Of a DNA stretch of 64,000 nt, positions 1 to 10,054 are shown piece after piece. The DNA is from Dehalococcoidia bacterium (GTDB lineage Bacteria > Chloroflexota > Dehalococcoidia > Lucifugimonadales > JADFKI01). The stretch lies in assembly GCA_965214635.1 (NCBI GenBank), contig OZ243964.1, forward strand, positions 2,572,764 to 2,636,763. The letters run 5' to 3'. A model generated the notes under the pieces. It saw only the letters and a program-made list of their open reading frames with translations. It ran no database searches and was not told the DNA's origin. The translations under genes were made by a program, and so were the position numbers. Each line of letters opens with the position of its first letter. Within the stretch, counting starts at the first letter, position 1.

Positions 1-205
1 CTCCCTTGTTCATGTTCGGCGTTTCCGCGACTACCTACTCGCTCGTGCGGCGTCAGCTGATGGGTTTCATGTTCGGTTGGGTAATCCCTATCACTGACGA
101 CTGGCAAATAGCGCCTCTTGTATTGACAGAACGCCGCTTTTAGCCAATCATTAGTGGCATTGATGAATGCGAATTTCCAATGGCGCAAATGGCGTGGAGG
201 CAGAT

Positions 206-1528
206 ATGGCAGCACAACCTGAACGCGGGCATATGCATGGGCACAGCCACCGACACTACGGCGAGGCTATGCTCAGCGTTGAGGATGCGCTGGGACGCAT
301 CTTGCGGCATTTTCGCACGCTAGAGGCGGAGCGCACACCGCTGCTTGACGCACTGGGGCAGATTCTGGCAGAAGATGCGGTGGCGCAGCACGACATCCCG
401 CCGCTGGACAACTCTGCCATGGATGGGTATGCGCTGCAAGCGGCGGATGTGAGTGGGGCGTCTGCGGATGCGCCGATTACGCTGCGCGTGGTGGGCAGCG
501 TGGCGGCGGGCGAACTGCCGCGCGACACCGTTACGCCGGGCAGCGCCGTCCGCATAATGACCGGCGCACCCGTCCCTGAGGGCGCTGATGCCGTCGTCCC
601 GTTCGAGGACACGGATGAGCAAGAACGCCGAGCGGGGGGCGATGCGCTGAACGAAATCGGCGTTCGCTTCGCCGTATCGGTCGGCGACGACATCCGCCCT
701 GCCGGACAGGATGTGCGGCTCGGCGAGACCGTGCTGCAATGCGGCACTATGCTGCGCCCGTCCGAAATCGGTGTGCTGGCGTCGCTAGGGTTCGACAGCG
801 TGAGCGTGGTGCGGCGGCCGCGCGTGGCTATCCTCGCCACCGGCGACGAGCTGCTAGAACCGGGTGAGCCGCATCAGCCGGGCAAGATATTCAACAGCAA
901 CAACTACGGCGTCGCCGCAAGCGTATTGCGCTATGGCGGCATCCCCAAGCTCATCGGCATCGCGCGCGACAACCTGCCGTCCATGAACGCCAAGCTTCGC
1001 GAGGGGCTGGACGCCGACATGCTCGTTACATCCGCTGGCGTGTCCAAGGGCGATTACGATATGGTAAAGGATGTGCTGGCGCAGCACGGGGAGATAGACT
1101 TCTGGTCGGTGCGGATGCGTCCCGCAAAGCCGCTGGCATTTGGCGTGCTTGCCGCCCCTGACGGGCGGAGCGTGCCGCATCTGGGGCTGCCGGGCAACCC
1201 TGTCAGCGCAATGGTGGCGTTCGAGCAGTTCGGCGGCGCGGCGATACGCAAGATGATGGGCAAGCCGCAGCTTTCCAAGCCCACAATTCGCGCCGTGCTG
1301 GACGAGCCGATATACAACAACGATAGCCGCCGTGTCTATGCGCGCGCTATAATACGGCGCGAAAATGGGGAATACCGCGCACGACTGAGCGGCGCACAAG
1401 GCTCCAACCTGCTGACATCCATGGCGCGGGCAAACGGGCTTGTCATCTGCCCGGAAGACATATCGCACATCCCTGCCGGCAGCGTCGTGGAAGTGCAGAT
1501 GCTAGATTGGACGGAGGAAGTCTTTTGA
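206..1528 (+). CDS. moeA: Molybdopterin molybdenumtransferase (gephyrin-like)
   Basis: PPLDNSAMDGYA, RIMTGAPVPEGADAVV, ATGDEL, MRPAKPLAFG and LPGNPVSA motifs; start moved to ATG 206 after GGAGG. Confidence 0.93.
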   Translation: MAAQPERGHMHGHSHRHYGEAMLSVEDALGRILRHFRTLEAERTPLLDALGQILAEDAVAQHDIPPLDNSAMDGYALQAADVSGASADAPITLRVVGSVAAGELPRDTVTPGSAVRIMTGAPVPEGADAVVPFEDTDEQERRAGGDALNEIGVRFAVSVGDDIRPAGQDVRLGETVLQCGTMLRPSEIGVLASLGFDSVSVVRRPRVAILATGDELLEPGEPHQPGKIFNSNNYGVAASVLRYGGIPKLIGIARDNLPSMNAKLREGLDADMLVTSAGVSKGDYDMVKDVLAQHGEIDFWSVRMRPAKPLAFGVLAAPDGRSVPHLGLPGNPVSAMVAFEQFGGAAIRKMMGKPQLSKPTIRAVLDEPIYNNDSRRVYARAIIRRENGEYRARLSGAQGSNLLTSMARANGLVICPEDISHIPAGSVVEVQMLDWTEEVF

Positions 1529-1530
1529 AT

Positions 1531-1995
1531 ATGAGTACGGACATGATCTCGCATCAGGACGAAGTTGACGATTACCCTCAATTCGTCATATCCGAAGCGC
1601 ACGCACAGCGCATCAATGCTGCGCTGCCGATTATGATAGCGGACCGGCTCGGCTATGTCGACCGGCAGATGTTGGAAGAAGAGCCGTCCGCCAACTCGGA
1701 CATTCAGTCATACATCGACATGATAGTCGAGAGCAGCAGCAAAGAACCTGACTACCTGATGCCCGACACGCCGATGAAAGAAGCGCTCTTCCGCGTCATC
1801 CTCGCCAACGGCAACCGCCCGATGACAGCGGCGGAGATAAGCGAGCGGCTGACCGAAGAGTGGGCGATGTCTGCCTTCCCGCGCAACCTGTCCCCGTATG
1901 TCATCAACCGCCTGCTGGAACACAGCGGCAACTACTGCATCGTGCAAGTGCCGGATGAGCCTGAGGACGCAGACGGCGAAGCAGACGAAGCGTAG
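1531..1995 (+). CDS. Hypothetical acidic protein, possible winged-helix C-terminus
   Basis: ATG 2 nt after the moeA stop with GGAGG upstream; host-like codon usage; ALFRVILANGNRPMTAAEISERL resembles an HTH. Confidence 0.7.
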   Translation: MSTDMISHQDEVDDYPQFVISEAHAQRINAALPIMIADRLGYVDRQMLEEEPSANSDIQSYIDMIVESSSKEPDYLMPDTPMKEALFRVILANGNRPMTAAEISERLTEEWAMSAFPRNLSPYVINRLLEHSGNYCIVQVPDEPEDADGEADEA

Positions 1996-2143
1996 GGAGC
2001 GCATTCCCCCGATGCAGGAAGCCTGCGATAGTGCACACAAAACCATTGAAGCCCCCGTATCTTATGGTAAAGTGTAAGTATCGGCATCCGCAGCATGTGC
2101 CATAAGAGCATATGCCCTGCTTCTAGGAGGTGGACGCATCGAT

Positions 2144-3715
2144 TTGGTGATAACGAAACCGGACTCCGACCTTCAATCGCTGGTCGATACGCTGCCCGAG
2201 CACCTGCGGGACACGCTGCTGGAACGCTCGGACATTCACGAACTGCTGGAGGTGGTGCTCGACTTGGGTCGCCCGCCCGAAGCGCGCTTTGTTAGCGAGA
2301 GCCTAATCATAGACGAGCAGGAGATTTCGCAGGCGGACATAGAGCATGTGATACGCTGCATCGGCAGCTTCGGCGAGGATAACCGCGCCGGCATAGAGCG
2401 CACGCTGCACCGCATATCTGCCCTGCGCAACCGCTCCGGCAAGATTATTGGGCTGACCCTGCGTGTGGGCAGGGCGGTGTACGGCACCATCCGCATCATC
2501 GAAGACCTCGTGTTGAGCGGCAAGAGCGTGTTGCTGCTCGGCAAGCCCGGCGTTGGCAAGACCACCATGCTGCGCGAAATCGCCCGTGTGCTTGCCGATG
2601 ATGCCCGCAAGCGCGTCATCATCGTGGACACATCCAACGAAATCGCCGGCGACGGGGACATCCCCCATCCCGGCATCGGCAGGGCGCGCCGCATGCAGGT
2701 GCGCTCGCCGGCGCTTCAGCACGCCGTCATGATCGAAGCCGTCGAGAACCACATGCCCGAGGTCATCGTCATCGACGAAATCGGCACGGAAGCAGATGCC
2801 GACGCAGCGCGCACCATCGCGGAACGCGGCGTGCAGCTCGTCGCCACAGCACACGGCAACACCCTCGACAACCTGATAATGAACCCCACGCTGTCCGACC
2901 TAGTGGGCGGTGTGGAAGCCGTTACGCTCGGCGACATCGAGGCGCGGCGGCGCGGCACGCAAAAGACCGTCCGCGAGCGGCGCGCCCCTCCCACATTCGA
3001 CATACTCGTGGAGATACAGGGCTGGAACGAGGTTGTCGTACACGAAGATGTGTCTGATGTGGTGGACAAGATGCTGCGTGGCAACCCGATTTCGCCGCAT
3101 CTCCGCACGATGGACGAACTCGGGCGGCTGCAGCGCGGGCGCGTTGAAGCCAAGCTGCCCGCCATATTCAACGGCGGTGGCACGCCGCGCCGCAGCGCCC
3201 CCATACCAATGCCGCATCCCGATGAGCAGCACGCCGAACCGCCGCTCAAGTCGGTCAACATCCTGCCTTATGGCGTCAACAAGGGCAAACTCCTGCAAGC
3301 CGTGCGCGGCATCAACGCCCCTGTGGAAGTGGTGGGCGACCTGAACAAAGCCGATATGCTGCTAACCACCAAGAACTACTATCGGCGCAGCACGCAGGCG
3401 CTGCAAACGGCAGAGAAGCGCGGCAAGCCCGTCTATGTGCTGCGGAAGAACACGCTCCCGCAGATTCAGCAGTTCGTCCAAGCGCTCACCCGCAAGCAGT
3501 CCCAAGACGCCCGCTTGGAGTCGGAGCACTCGGATGCCATAGATGAGGCAGAGCAGGCGGCGATGCGGCTCGATGAGGGCGAGGTGCAAGTGCGGCTTAA
3601 CCCGCAGACAGCGTATGTGCGGCACTTGCAGCACAAGGTCGCCAATCGGCGTGGAGTGTCTTCTAGCAGCGAAGGGCGCGAGCCGAACCGCCATGTGGTG
3701 ATGTACAGGCGGTAG
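2144..3715 (+). CDS. SpoIIIAA/Ycf45-like AAA ATPase with C-terminal R3H domain
   Basis: Walker [22 protein letters not shown], Walker [14 protein letters not shown]; C-terminal R3H-like RHLQH...[11 protein letters not shown]; AGGAGG SD. Confidence 0.88.
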   Translation: MVITKPDSDLQSLVDTLPEHLRDTLLERSDIHELLEVVLDLGRPPEARFVSESLIIDEQEISQADIEHVIRCIGSFGEDNRAGIERTLHRISALRNRSGKIIGLTLRVGRAVYGTIRIIEDLVLSGKSVLLLGKPGVGKTTMLREIARVLADDARKRVIIVDTSNEIAGDGDIPHPGIGRARRMQVRSPALQHAVMIEAVENHMPEVIVIDEIGTEADADAARTIAERGVQLVATAHGNTLDNLIMNPTLSDLVGGVEAVTLGDIEARRRGTQKTVRERRAPPTFDILVEIQGWNEVVVHEDVSDVVDKMLRGNPISPHLRTMDELGRLQRGRVEAKLPAIFNGGGTPRRSAPIPMPHPDEQHAEPPLKSVNILPYGVNKGKLLQAVRGINAPVEVVGDLNKADMLLTTKNYYRRSTQALQTAEKRGKPVYVLRKNTLPQIQQFVQALTRKQSQDARLESEHSDAIDEAEQAAMRLDEGEVQVRLNPQTAYVRHLQHKVANRRGVSSSSEGREPNRHVVMYRR

Positions 3716-3720
3716 CGCGT

Positions 3721-4458
3721 ATGGCGTACTTCATCTCGTTTGAGGGCGGCGACGGCGCTGGCAAAACCACGCAGGCGCAGCGCCTCGTCAAGCGGCTGAA
3801 CGCTCGGGGCGTCGAGACGCTGTTCGTTCACGAACCCGGCGGCACAAATCTCGGCGAAATCGTCCGAGATATTGTCAAGCGCGGGCTGCCTTCCGAGCCT
3901 ACGCTGACCGATGCCGCGGAACTGCTGCTGTTCGCGGCGGCGCGAGCAGAGCTTGTCGGCAAGGTGTTAGCGCCGATACTAGCATCTAACTCGCGAACTG
4001 TGGTAGTAGCCGACAGGTATGTGGACTCCACAACGGCGTACCAAGGCGGTGGGCGCGGCATAGATATGACGCTTGTGGATGCGGTCAACGCCCTAGCCAC
4101 AAACGGCGTGATGCCAGACATGACCTTCTTGTTGGACATCCCGCCCACAGAGGCGCTGACACGCTTGGGCGGCATGCAGCTCGGCTTCCAATTGGACGAA
4201 CCTTCGGAGTCGCTGCCGCCTGAGCGCCATATGCGCCACATGGAGGGCACAAAGTTCGAAGAGCAACCTATCGAGTTCCACAAGCGCATCCACGACGCCT
4301 ACAGGCGCATGGCTGCGGCGCATCCCGAACGCTGGCGCACCATATCCGCATCCGCACCCGAGGACGACATAGCCGATGCGGTGTGGGCAGGGCTTGTGCA
4401 AAAGTTCCCCGGACTTGTCGACGCTCCGATGTCTAGCGAAGCAATTACAAGTCCATAG
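3721..4458 (+). CDS. tmk: Thymidylate kinase
   Basis: FISFEGGDGAGKTTQ, HEPGGT, ELLLFAAARA, DRYVDSTTAYQG. Confidence 0.93.
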   Translation: MAYFISFEGGDGAGKTTQAQRLVKRLNARGVETLFVHEPGGTNLGEIVRDIVKRGLPSEPTLTDAAELLLFAAARAELVGKVLAPILASNSRTVVVADRYVDSTTAYQGGGRGIDMTLVDAVNALATNGVMPDMTFLLDIPPTEALTRLGGMQLGFQLDEPSESLPPERHMRHMEGTKFEEQPIEFHKRIHDAYRRMAAAHPERWRTISASAPEDDIADAVWAGLVQKFPGLVDAPMSSEAITSP

Positions 4459-4513
4459 CTGCCAGTGAGAAAATTGCAACCGACAAACCGATGAACCACT
4501 TCTGAGGACAAAA

Positions 4514-4921
4514 ATGACGCCTGAACAAATTGACGCTTACTTACGGCAGCCGCGCATTGCGGACCTCGCCACGCTGAACCCGGACGGATCGCCGCACATC
4601 GCACCCGTGTGGTATCGCTATGATGGCGAGGTGGTCAAGGTGTTCACGCAGACCACAGCGGTTAAGGTGCGAAACATACGGCGCGATGGGCGCGTGGCGC
4701 TCTCCGTCGCGACTCAAGAGTCGCCCTACGGCTATGTCATCGTGAACGGCAGCGCCACCATATCTTCGGACGGCATACCCGACGAAGTGCGCGCTATGGC
4801 AATCCACTACAAGGGCGAGGTCGAGGGTGAGGCGTACATCACGCAAGCCCTCGCCGAGATGACCTTCTGCTTGCTGACCATCACGCCAACCAAGATTATT
4901 GGCTGGATGGACGGGGAGTAG
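4514..4921 (+). CDS. PPOX-class (F420/FMN-binding split-barrel) oxidoreductase
   Basis: LATLNPDGSPHIAPVWY, KVRNIRRDGRVALSV. Confidence 0.85.
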   Translation: MTPEQIDAYLRQPRIADLATLNPDGSPHIAPVWYRYDGEVVKVFTQTTAVKVRNIRRDGRVALSVATQESPYGYVIVNGSATISSDGIPDEVRAMAIHYKGEVEGEAYITQALAEMTFCLLTITPTKIIGWMDGE

Positions 4922-4957
4922 GCGACGAGCCTGTGGCGGCTTCGGCGCTCAGCGTCC

Positions 4958-5752
4958 CTAAAGTCCCACCCGCTCTGCTATGGGGAAGGCGGGCGTGCTA
5001 TAGACCGACGCGTCGGTGAGCTTGGGCATCATGGGCACAGGCTTTCCTTCCAGCATCGCCTTGGGCACATGCAGCGTCATCGCCTCAGCATGTCGGGCGC
5101 TGGTAACCTCGCTCGCAATCCGCAGCGCCTCTCCCAGCTCAGGCGTGCGCTTTCCGCGCGGCGAATGCGTGTCCGATGACAGGATGTGCGCCATGCCGCA
5201 GCGCATTAGCTCCAGTGCGAACAGGCGCACAGGCTCGCCCCAGTGCCCCAACAGGCTGCCGCGCGTGAGCTGGCTCAGCATGCCCATTGCGATGTAGCGT
5301 TGCAGCAGTTGGGGGTTGCGCTGGAACGCCTCGATGCGCTCCGGGTGTGCGAACACTGGTGTCAGCCCCTGTGCTTGCAGCGCCACAAGCGCCGGCTCCA
5401 CGAATGCGTGCTCGCCGAAGAAGGGCATCTCCACCAAGATGTAATGCGTGCCGTTCATCGTCAGCGCCTTGCCGTCGGCGACATCTTCGGGCAGCGATGC
5501 GTCGATGTGGTTTTCCATACCCAGCGCCAGCCTGATGCCGATACCCTCAGCGTCTACACGCCGCCTGAAGTCGTCGGCAACGGCGCGTAGGTGCGCCACT
5601 GACGACAGCTCTGTAACATCCTTGCGGTGCGGCGTGGCGAGGATGAGCTGCGTGCCGTTTGCGGCGGCGATGCGCGCAATGTCTAGGGCGTCGTCCATGC
5701 AGGTGGGGCCGTCGTCCACGCCGGGCAGGATGTGTGCGTGCGTGTCGTACAC
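4958..5752 (-). CDS. PHP-family tyrosine-protein phosphatase (CpsB/CapC/YwqE-like)
   Basis: DTHAHILPGVDDG, ATPH, AHPER, SSDTH. Confidence 0.88.
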   Translation of the reverse strand: MYDTHAHILPGVDDGPTCMDDALDIARIAAANGTQLILATPHRKDVTELSSVAHLRAVADDFRRRVDAEGIGIRLALGMENHIDASLPEDVADGKALTMNGTHYILVEMPFFGEHAFVEPALVALQAQGLTPVFAHPERIEAFQRNPQLLQRYIAMGMLSQLTRGSLLGHWGEPVRLFALELMRCGMAHILSSDTHSPRGKRTPELGEALRIASEVTSARHAEAMTLHVPKAMLEGKPVPMMPKLTDASVYSTPAFPIAERVGL

Positions 5753-5928
5753 TACGGCGACTCCCTGTGGATACCGCCCGCCAACGCCGTGCTCATCGCT
5801 CCCGTCTTGGGCGCATCAACCCGTTTCAACGGGCGGCGTCCGGGCGCAGCGGAGCGGCGAAAGCCCTGCGAAAAGCCACGAAAATGCGATTGAGAACCTG
5901 CCAGCGGACAAGCCAAGTGGTCTTTCAT

Positions 5929-6627
5929 CTATCCCCTGAAATGGATGCGGCGAAAGCCCTCGGCATACGGCACATTCGCCATCTGCCCCTGCCGCTGTGC
6001 GTTGGCTTTCACGAAATCGTCCACATTCCTGCCCGAGCTTGACACTTGGCTGGCGTGCTTTTTGAGCGCGGTTATCTTCTGCTCTATGGTGTCGGTGATG
6101 TCGATGAAAGTGTCGGGGCGCTCCGTTCCCCACATCAGCACATCTGCCACCTTGTGCGTCTCCAATCCATCTTGGATGTGCTCATTGTAGTGCAGGAAGT
6201 CGCGGGCGTAGGGAAACACGGCGTCCAGCGTTACCTGCCCGGAGATGCGGTGGTCGCGGTGCATGTAGAATGTGGTGCGAAACGGGTCTGTGCAGAAGAC
6301 GACATTGGGCTTGTGCTTGCGTATCGCCCTGACGAGTTCGCCGCGAAACTTCGCAGTGTCTTCCAGCTCGCCATCGCCATAGCGCAAGTATATGACCTCT
6401 TTGACGCCGAGCGCTGCTGCCGCTGCTGCCTGTTCCTGCTCGCGGACGGCGGCGAGCTTGGCGGTCGTCATCTCCGGGTCGCTCGTCCCCTTGTCCCCGT
6501 TGGTGCACAGCACGAACACCACCTCCGTGCCGGCGGCGACCCACTTTGCCACCGTCCCGCCAACGCCACCTTCGCCATCGTCCGGATGCGGTATCACCAG
6601 CATCGCCTTCTCTGGTCTGTCGAACAT
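5929..6627 (-). CDS. PIG-L/LmbE-family Zn deacetylase (MshB/Mca/BshB superfamily)
   Basis: PHPDDGE, TNGDKG, HRDH, ALKKHASQ. Confidence 0.88.
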   Translation of the reverse strand: MFDRPEKAMLVIPHPDDGEGGVGGTVAKWVAAGTEVVFVLCTNGDKGTSDPEMTTAKLAAVREQEQAAAAAALGVKEVIYLRYGDGELEDTAKFRGELVRAIRKHKPNVVFCTDPFRTTFYMHRDHRISGQVTLDAVFPYARDFLHYNEHIQDGLETHKVADVLMWGTERPDTFIDITDTIEQKITALKKHASQVSSSGRNVDDFVKANAQRQGQMANVPYAEGFRRIHFRG

Positions 6628-6909
6628 TTTGTCCTCGAGTGATTTGGGAGTTGATATTTGTCAGTTATCACGCTTGGTTGTGTGAATAGGTATGTTCAGT
6701 ACGCTGAATATCATAATGCGATATGCGGATTAAGGGCAAGTATTGGCAAACAAAAGACGGGAGTTGTGAGAATGCGCTTGTGACGCATGTGGATGACCAA
6801 TTGATGACTGACAGTGCTGAAATGATAATGCCCAAGCGTATGTGATACAATTCGCAAGCGGGATGATGCGCGCGGCGTTCACAGGTTCACAGAGGGAGGA
6901 TGTTCTGCA

Positions 6910-7833
6910 TTGAGTACGGGGACGATACGACGCTTTGAGTGGGCTGATGTCAGCGGGCTTGTCTCCGTGTTCAACGAGATTGGCGGGCTGAGCGGGACGG
7001 CGCGGGAACACGATGCGGACACGCTCAGCCGCATGCTTTCCCTGCCCGGCTGCGACCCGCAGCGCCACTGCCTCGTCGCTGTACAAGACGATGAGATTGT
7101 GGGATATTCGCTCACTGCGTATGAGCCGCCCATTGGGCGCGCGGTGGCGAGTGGCGGCATAACGCAGGCGTACAGGCGGCGCGGCATCGGACGGGCGCTG
7201 CTGTCGCACACCGTGGCGCATGCGGCGGCGTTGGATGTGGATGTGCTGCACATAGAGGTGCGCGCAGATGACTGCGTCGCAAACGATATGCTTGCGTCCG
7301 AGGGCTTTGCCGCCATCAAGACGCACTGGCAGATGCGCTGGCAGTGCAGCGATGCGCCGGAAGTGCGCCTGCCCGAGGGGTTTGTGGTGCGCCCGCTTGC
7401 GACAGGGCAGGACGAACCCGCGCTGACCGAGCTGCAGAACATCGCATTCGGCGAGAACTGGGGCTTTAGCCCCAACACTGTGGAGCAGATTACGGCGCGC
7501 GTGGCGAACAACCGCGGGGGACCGGAGAGCATCTTGTTCATCGTCGAAGACGGTGAGCCGGCGGCGTACAACTGGACGATGCTGGACGATGCGCCTAGCC
7601 CCGAAAGCGAGCGGGCAGGCGTCATATCCATGACCGGCGTCCATCCGCGCTATCGCGGGCGCGGCATAGGGCGCGCAGTGGTTGCCGCAGGCATTGCGCA
7701 TCTAGTGGTCAGGGGTGCGTCCGCCATATATTTGGAGGTGGATGCCGACAACACGCCCGCCCGCGAGCTTTACCTCAAACTCGGCTTTCGCAAAGTGGGT
7801 AGGACCGTGTGGCACGAGCTGCGCTTCAATTAA
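6910..7833 (+). CDS. Tandem-GNAT acetyltransferase, mycothiol synthase MshD-like
   Basis: Two acetyl-CoA motifs (YRRRGIG, YRGRGIG); C-terminal GVHP...YLEVDADNTPARELYLKLGF resembles MshD; TTG start after GGGAGG. Confidence 0.72.
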   Translation: MSTGTIRRFEWADVSGLVSVFNEIGGLSGTAREHDADTLSRMLSLPGCDPQRHCLVAVQDDEIVGYSLTAYEPPIGRAVASGGITQAYRRRGIGRALLSHTVAHAAALDVDVLHIEVRADDCVANDMLASEGFAAIKTHWQMRWQCSDAPEVRLPEGFVVRPLATGQDEPALTELQNIAFGENWGFSPNTVEQITARVANNRGGPESILFIVEDGEPAAYNWTMLDDAPSPESERAGVISMTGVHPRYRGRGIGRAVVAAGIAHLVVRGASAIYLEVDADNTPARELYLKLGFRKVGRTVWHELRFN

Positions 7834-8621
7834 GACGATCTAGGCGCATTTAGGTTGCGGTTGGCTTCGTTCGCAGCCGCCTCAATCTCCTGCATCTTGT
7901 TGAGCCTCGCGCGGTCGAAGAAGGGTGAGCGCAGCATCCCCAGATTCCCCGGCACGACCACGCCGCCGGAGAACACCGTCTTCATCGCCTGCTCCACGGT
8001 GAGGGTGCTCTCGTACACCTTTTCTTCGGGCACAAACGCGAGGTTGCCCGATGTGGGGTTCGGCACTGTGGGGATATAGACAACGATAAGCTCGGTGTCG
8101 TCGTCATCCGACGGCTGGCTCTGCCCTGTGGTGAACCCGAGTGCGAGGTTGCCTGCGCGCGGCCATTCCACGAACACCACGCGGCTAACTTCGTGCCCCG
8201 ACGGTGTGGTAAGGCTGTCCGTTGCCTGTTTCGCCACGCCGTAGATGCTCTTGACCACTGGGATGTGCGACAGTATGGCGACCTTCACATCCACCGCTCT
8301 TCGTCCAACATGGATGGTCATGAGCGTCCCGAATATGTAGAACAGGATCAGGGTGATGATGACTCCCAGCCCTGGGAATGGGATAGGCACGGGGCCTATG
8401 CTCATGTTGTCGGGCATGACGGGGTGGAATATTCCACCCTCTCCGAAATAGAAGCCCTCGATGCTCACATACACGAACTGTATAATGATGATCGTAACGA
8501 ATAGTGGCAGCAGTACCAGAAACCCTGCCAGCACATGGCCCCAGAAGTGCCGCTCTATGCGTATGTGCACAGATGGACGCTTTCCCCCCTCTTCGCTGTT
8601 GGCTTTATTAGACCTTCTCAT
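7830..8621 (-). CDS. DUF502-family membrane protein
   Basis: N-terminal TM segments, IPVVKSIY, VYIPTVPNPTSG, VFSGG. Confidence 0.87.
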   Translation of the reverse strand: MRRSNKANSEEGGKRPSVHIRIERHFWGHVLAGFLVLLPLFVTIIIIQFVYVSIEGFYFGEGGIFHPVMPDNMSIGPVPIPFPGLGVIITLILFYIFGTLMTIHVGRRAVDVKVAILSHIPVVKSIYGVAKQATDSLTTPSGHEVSRVVFVEWPRAGNLALGFTTGQSQPSDDDDTELIVVYIPTVPNPTSGNLAFVPEEKVYESTLTVEQAMKTVFSGGVVVPGNLGMLRSPFFDRARLNKMQEIEAAANEANRNLNAPRSS

Positions 8622-8623
8622 TA

Positions 8624-9847
8624 TTAGCCTCCTGCGATGTTTTCAAGCGCCAATCCTAGCGTGGTAGAGTAGCAGTTTAACATACGCGATGCTACGCCGC
8701 CCCAGCTCATGGTCTGTGCCTTGCGCTGGGCGGCGTTGTCCATTGATGCGCGCAGTGCAGGGTTGGCGAGCAGCGTATCGAGCCGATGTGCGAAAGGCTC
8801 GGCGCAGCGCCAAGGCACGAGGTAGCCGGTTTCCCCATGATCTATGAATGTCTTCAAGCCACCCACGCGCGACACCACAACCGGTGTGCCGCATGCCATC
8901 GCTTCCAGCGCCACTAGTCCGAAGCTTTCGTAGTAGGTGGGAAGTGCGAACACATCGGCGGCGCTGTAATACGCAGGCAGCTGCTTTTGCGGCAAAGAGC
9001 CGGTGAAGCTGACCATGTCGCTGACGCCCAGCTCGGATGCGAGCGCCTTGAGGCGGTGTAGCTCTGCGTCATGGTCTAGGTTGCCCCCTACGATTATCAG
9101 GCGTGTGAGGCTGCGCTCGTCCAACAGTGTCAGCGCTCGCAGCAGGATGTCCAGCCCCTTGAACGGCTCTATACGCCCCACATACAGGATAATATGCTTG
9201 TCAAGCAGCCCAAGCGACTGACGAGCCTCGCACTTGTCCATCGGCTGGAACATGGACAGGTCTACGCCCGGGGGGATAATGCGCACCTTGCTCGTGGGCG
9301 TGCCGTAGAGCTTGGTGAGGTCTTCCTTTTCCACACTTGTGGACACCACGATGGTGTTCGCCTTGTCGCTCACCATGCGCTCGATGTGGGCGCGCTGTTT
9401 GGGTTCCTGCTCGCCGGGACGGGCGCGCTGCTTGACTCGAGCGAGGGTGTGGAATGTGGTGATGTGCGGTGCGCTCCAGCGGCGGCTTAATTCTATGCCG
9501 ATGCGCCCGGACAGCCAGTAGTGGCTGTGGAGCAGGTCATACGAAAGCCCCTCGCGCTTGCGGAACGCATCTACGGCGTTGACGAACTCTGGGATGTACT
9601 GATACATGTCGTGCTTGCTGCAAATGAGCGGCCCAGCGTTTAGGTGCACCATGCGCACCCTGTCGCCTATGTGGACGATCTGCGGCTCTTCGGGGTTGTG
9701 GCTGCGGGTGAACACATCCACATGGTTGCCGCGCTTGCCGAGTTCGCGCGCAATCTCTTGCACATAGACATTCATTCCGCCGGCGTCTTTTTCGCCGAGC
9801 CGCGCCACCGGGCAACTATGGAAGCTTATCAGCGCAAGTCTGAGCAT
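8624..9847 (-). CDS. mshA: GT4 glycosyltransferase, D-inositol-3-phosphate glycosyltransferase MshA-like
   Basis: DAGGMNVYV, HSHYWLSG, FHTLARVK, ESFGLVALEAMACGTPVV. Confidence 0.8.
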   Translation of the reverse strand: MLRLALISFHSCPVARLGEKDAGGMNVYVQEIARELGKRGNHVDVFTRSHNPEEPQIVHIGDRVRMVHLNAGPLICSKHDMYQYIPEFVNAVDAFRKREGLSYDLLHSHYWLSGRIGIELSRRWSAPHITTFHTLARVKQRARPGEQEPKQRAHIERMVSDKANTIVVSTSVEKEDLTKLYGTPTSKVRIIPPGVDLSMFQPMDKCEARQSLGLLDKHIILYVGRIEPFKGLDILLRALTLLDERSLTRLIIVGGNLDHDAELHRLKALASELGVSDMVSFTGSLPQKQLPAYYSAADVFALPTYYESFGLVALEAMACGTPVVVSRVGGLKTFIDHGETGYLVPWRCAEPFAHRLDTLLANPALRASMDNAAQRKAQTMSWGGVASRMLNCYSTTLGLALENIAGG

Positions 9848-10054
9848 CAGTTCGCTATCCGTTCATTCGTACTTGTTTCCGCAACCGCCATCTCATTGTC
9901 CTCTCTAATATATCTGCCCCGGATAGCGAACGACCTTACGCTCGATGCTGGGAGCACTCAAACTCGCGCTGTCCCGCCGTCCGACATTTCTGTGTGTGTT
10001 TCGCAGCGATGACGGGGTGGGCATCCTGCGAACATCCCCATCTGCGGAGGCGCA

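Noticed and set aside
1-166. Possible gene end or divergent gene start at the window edge
   Set aside because: Too short to assign a frame or product
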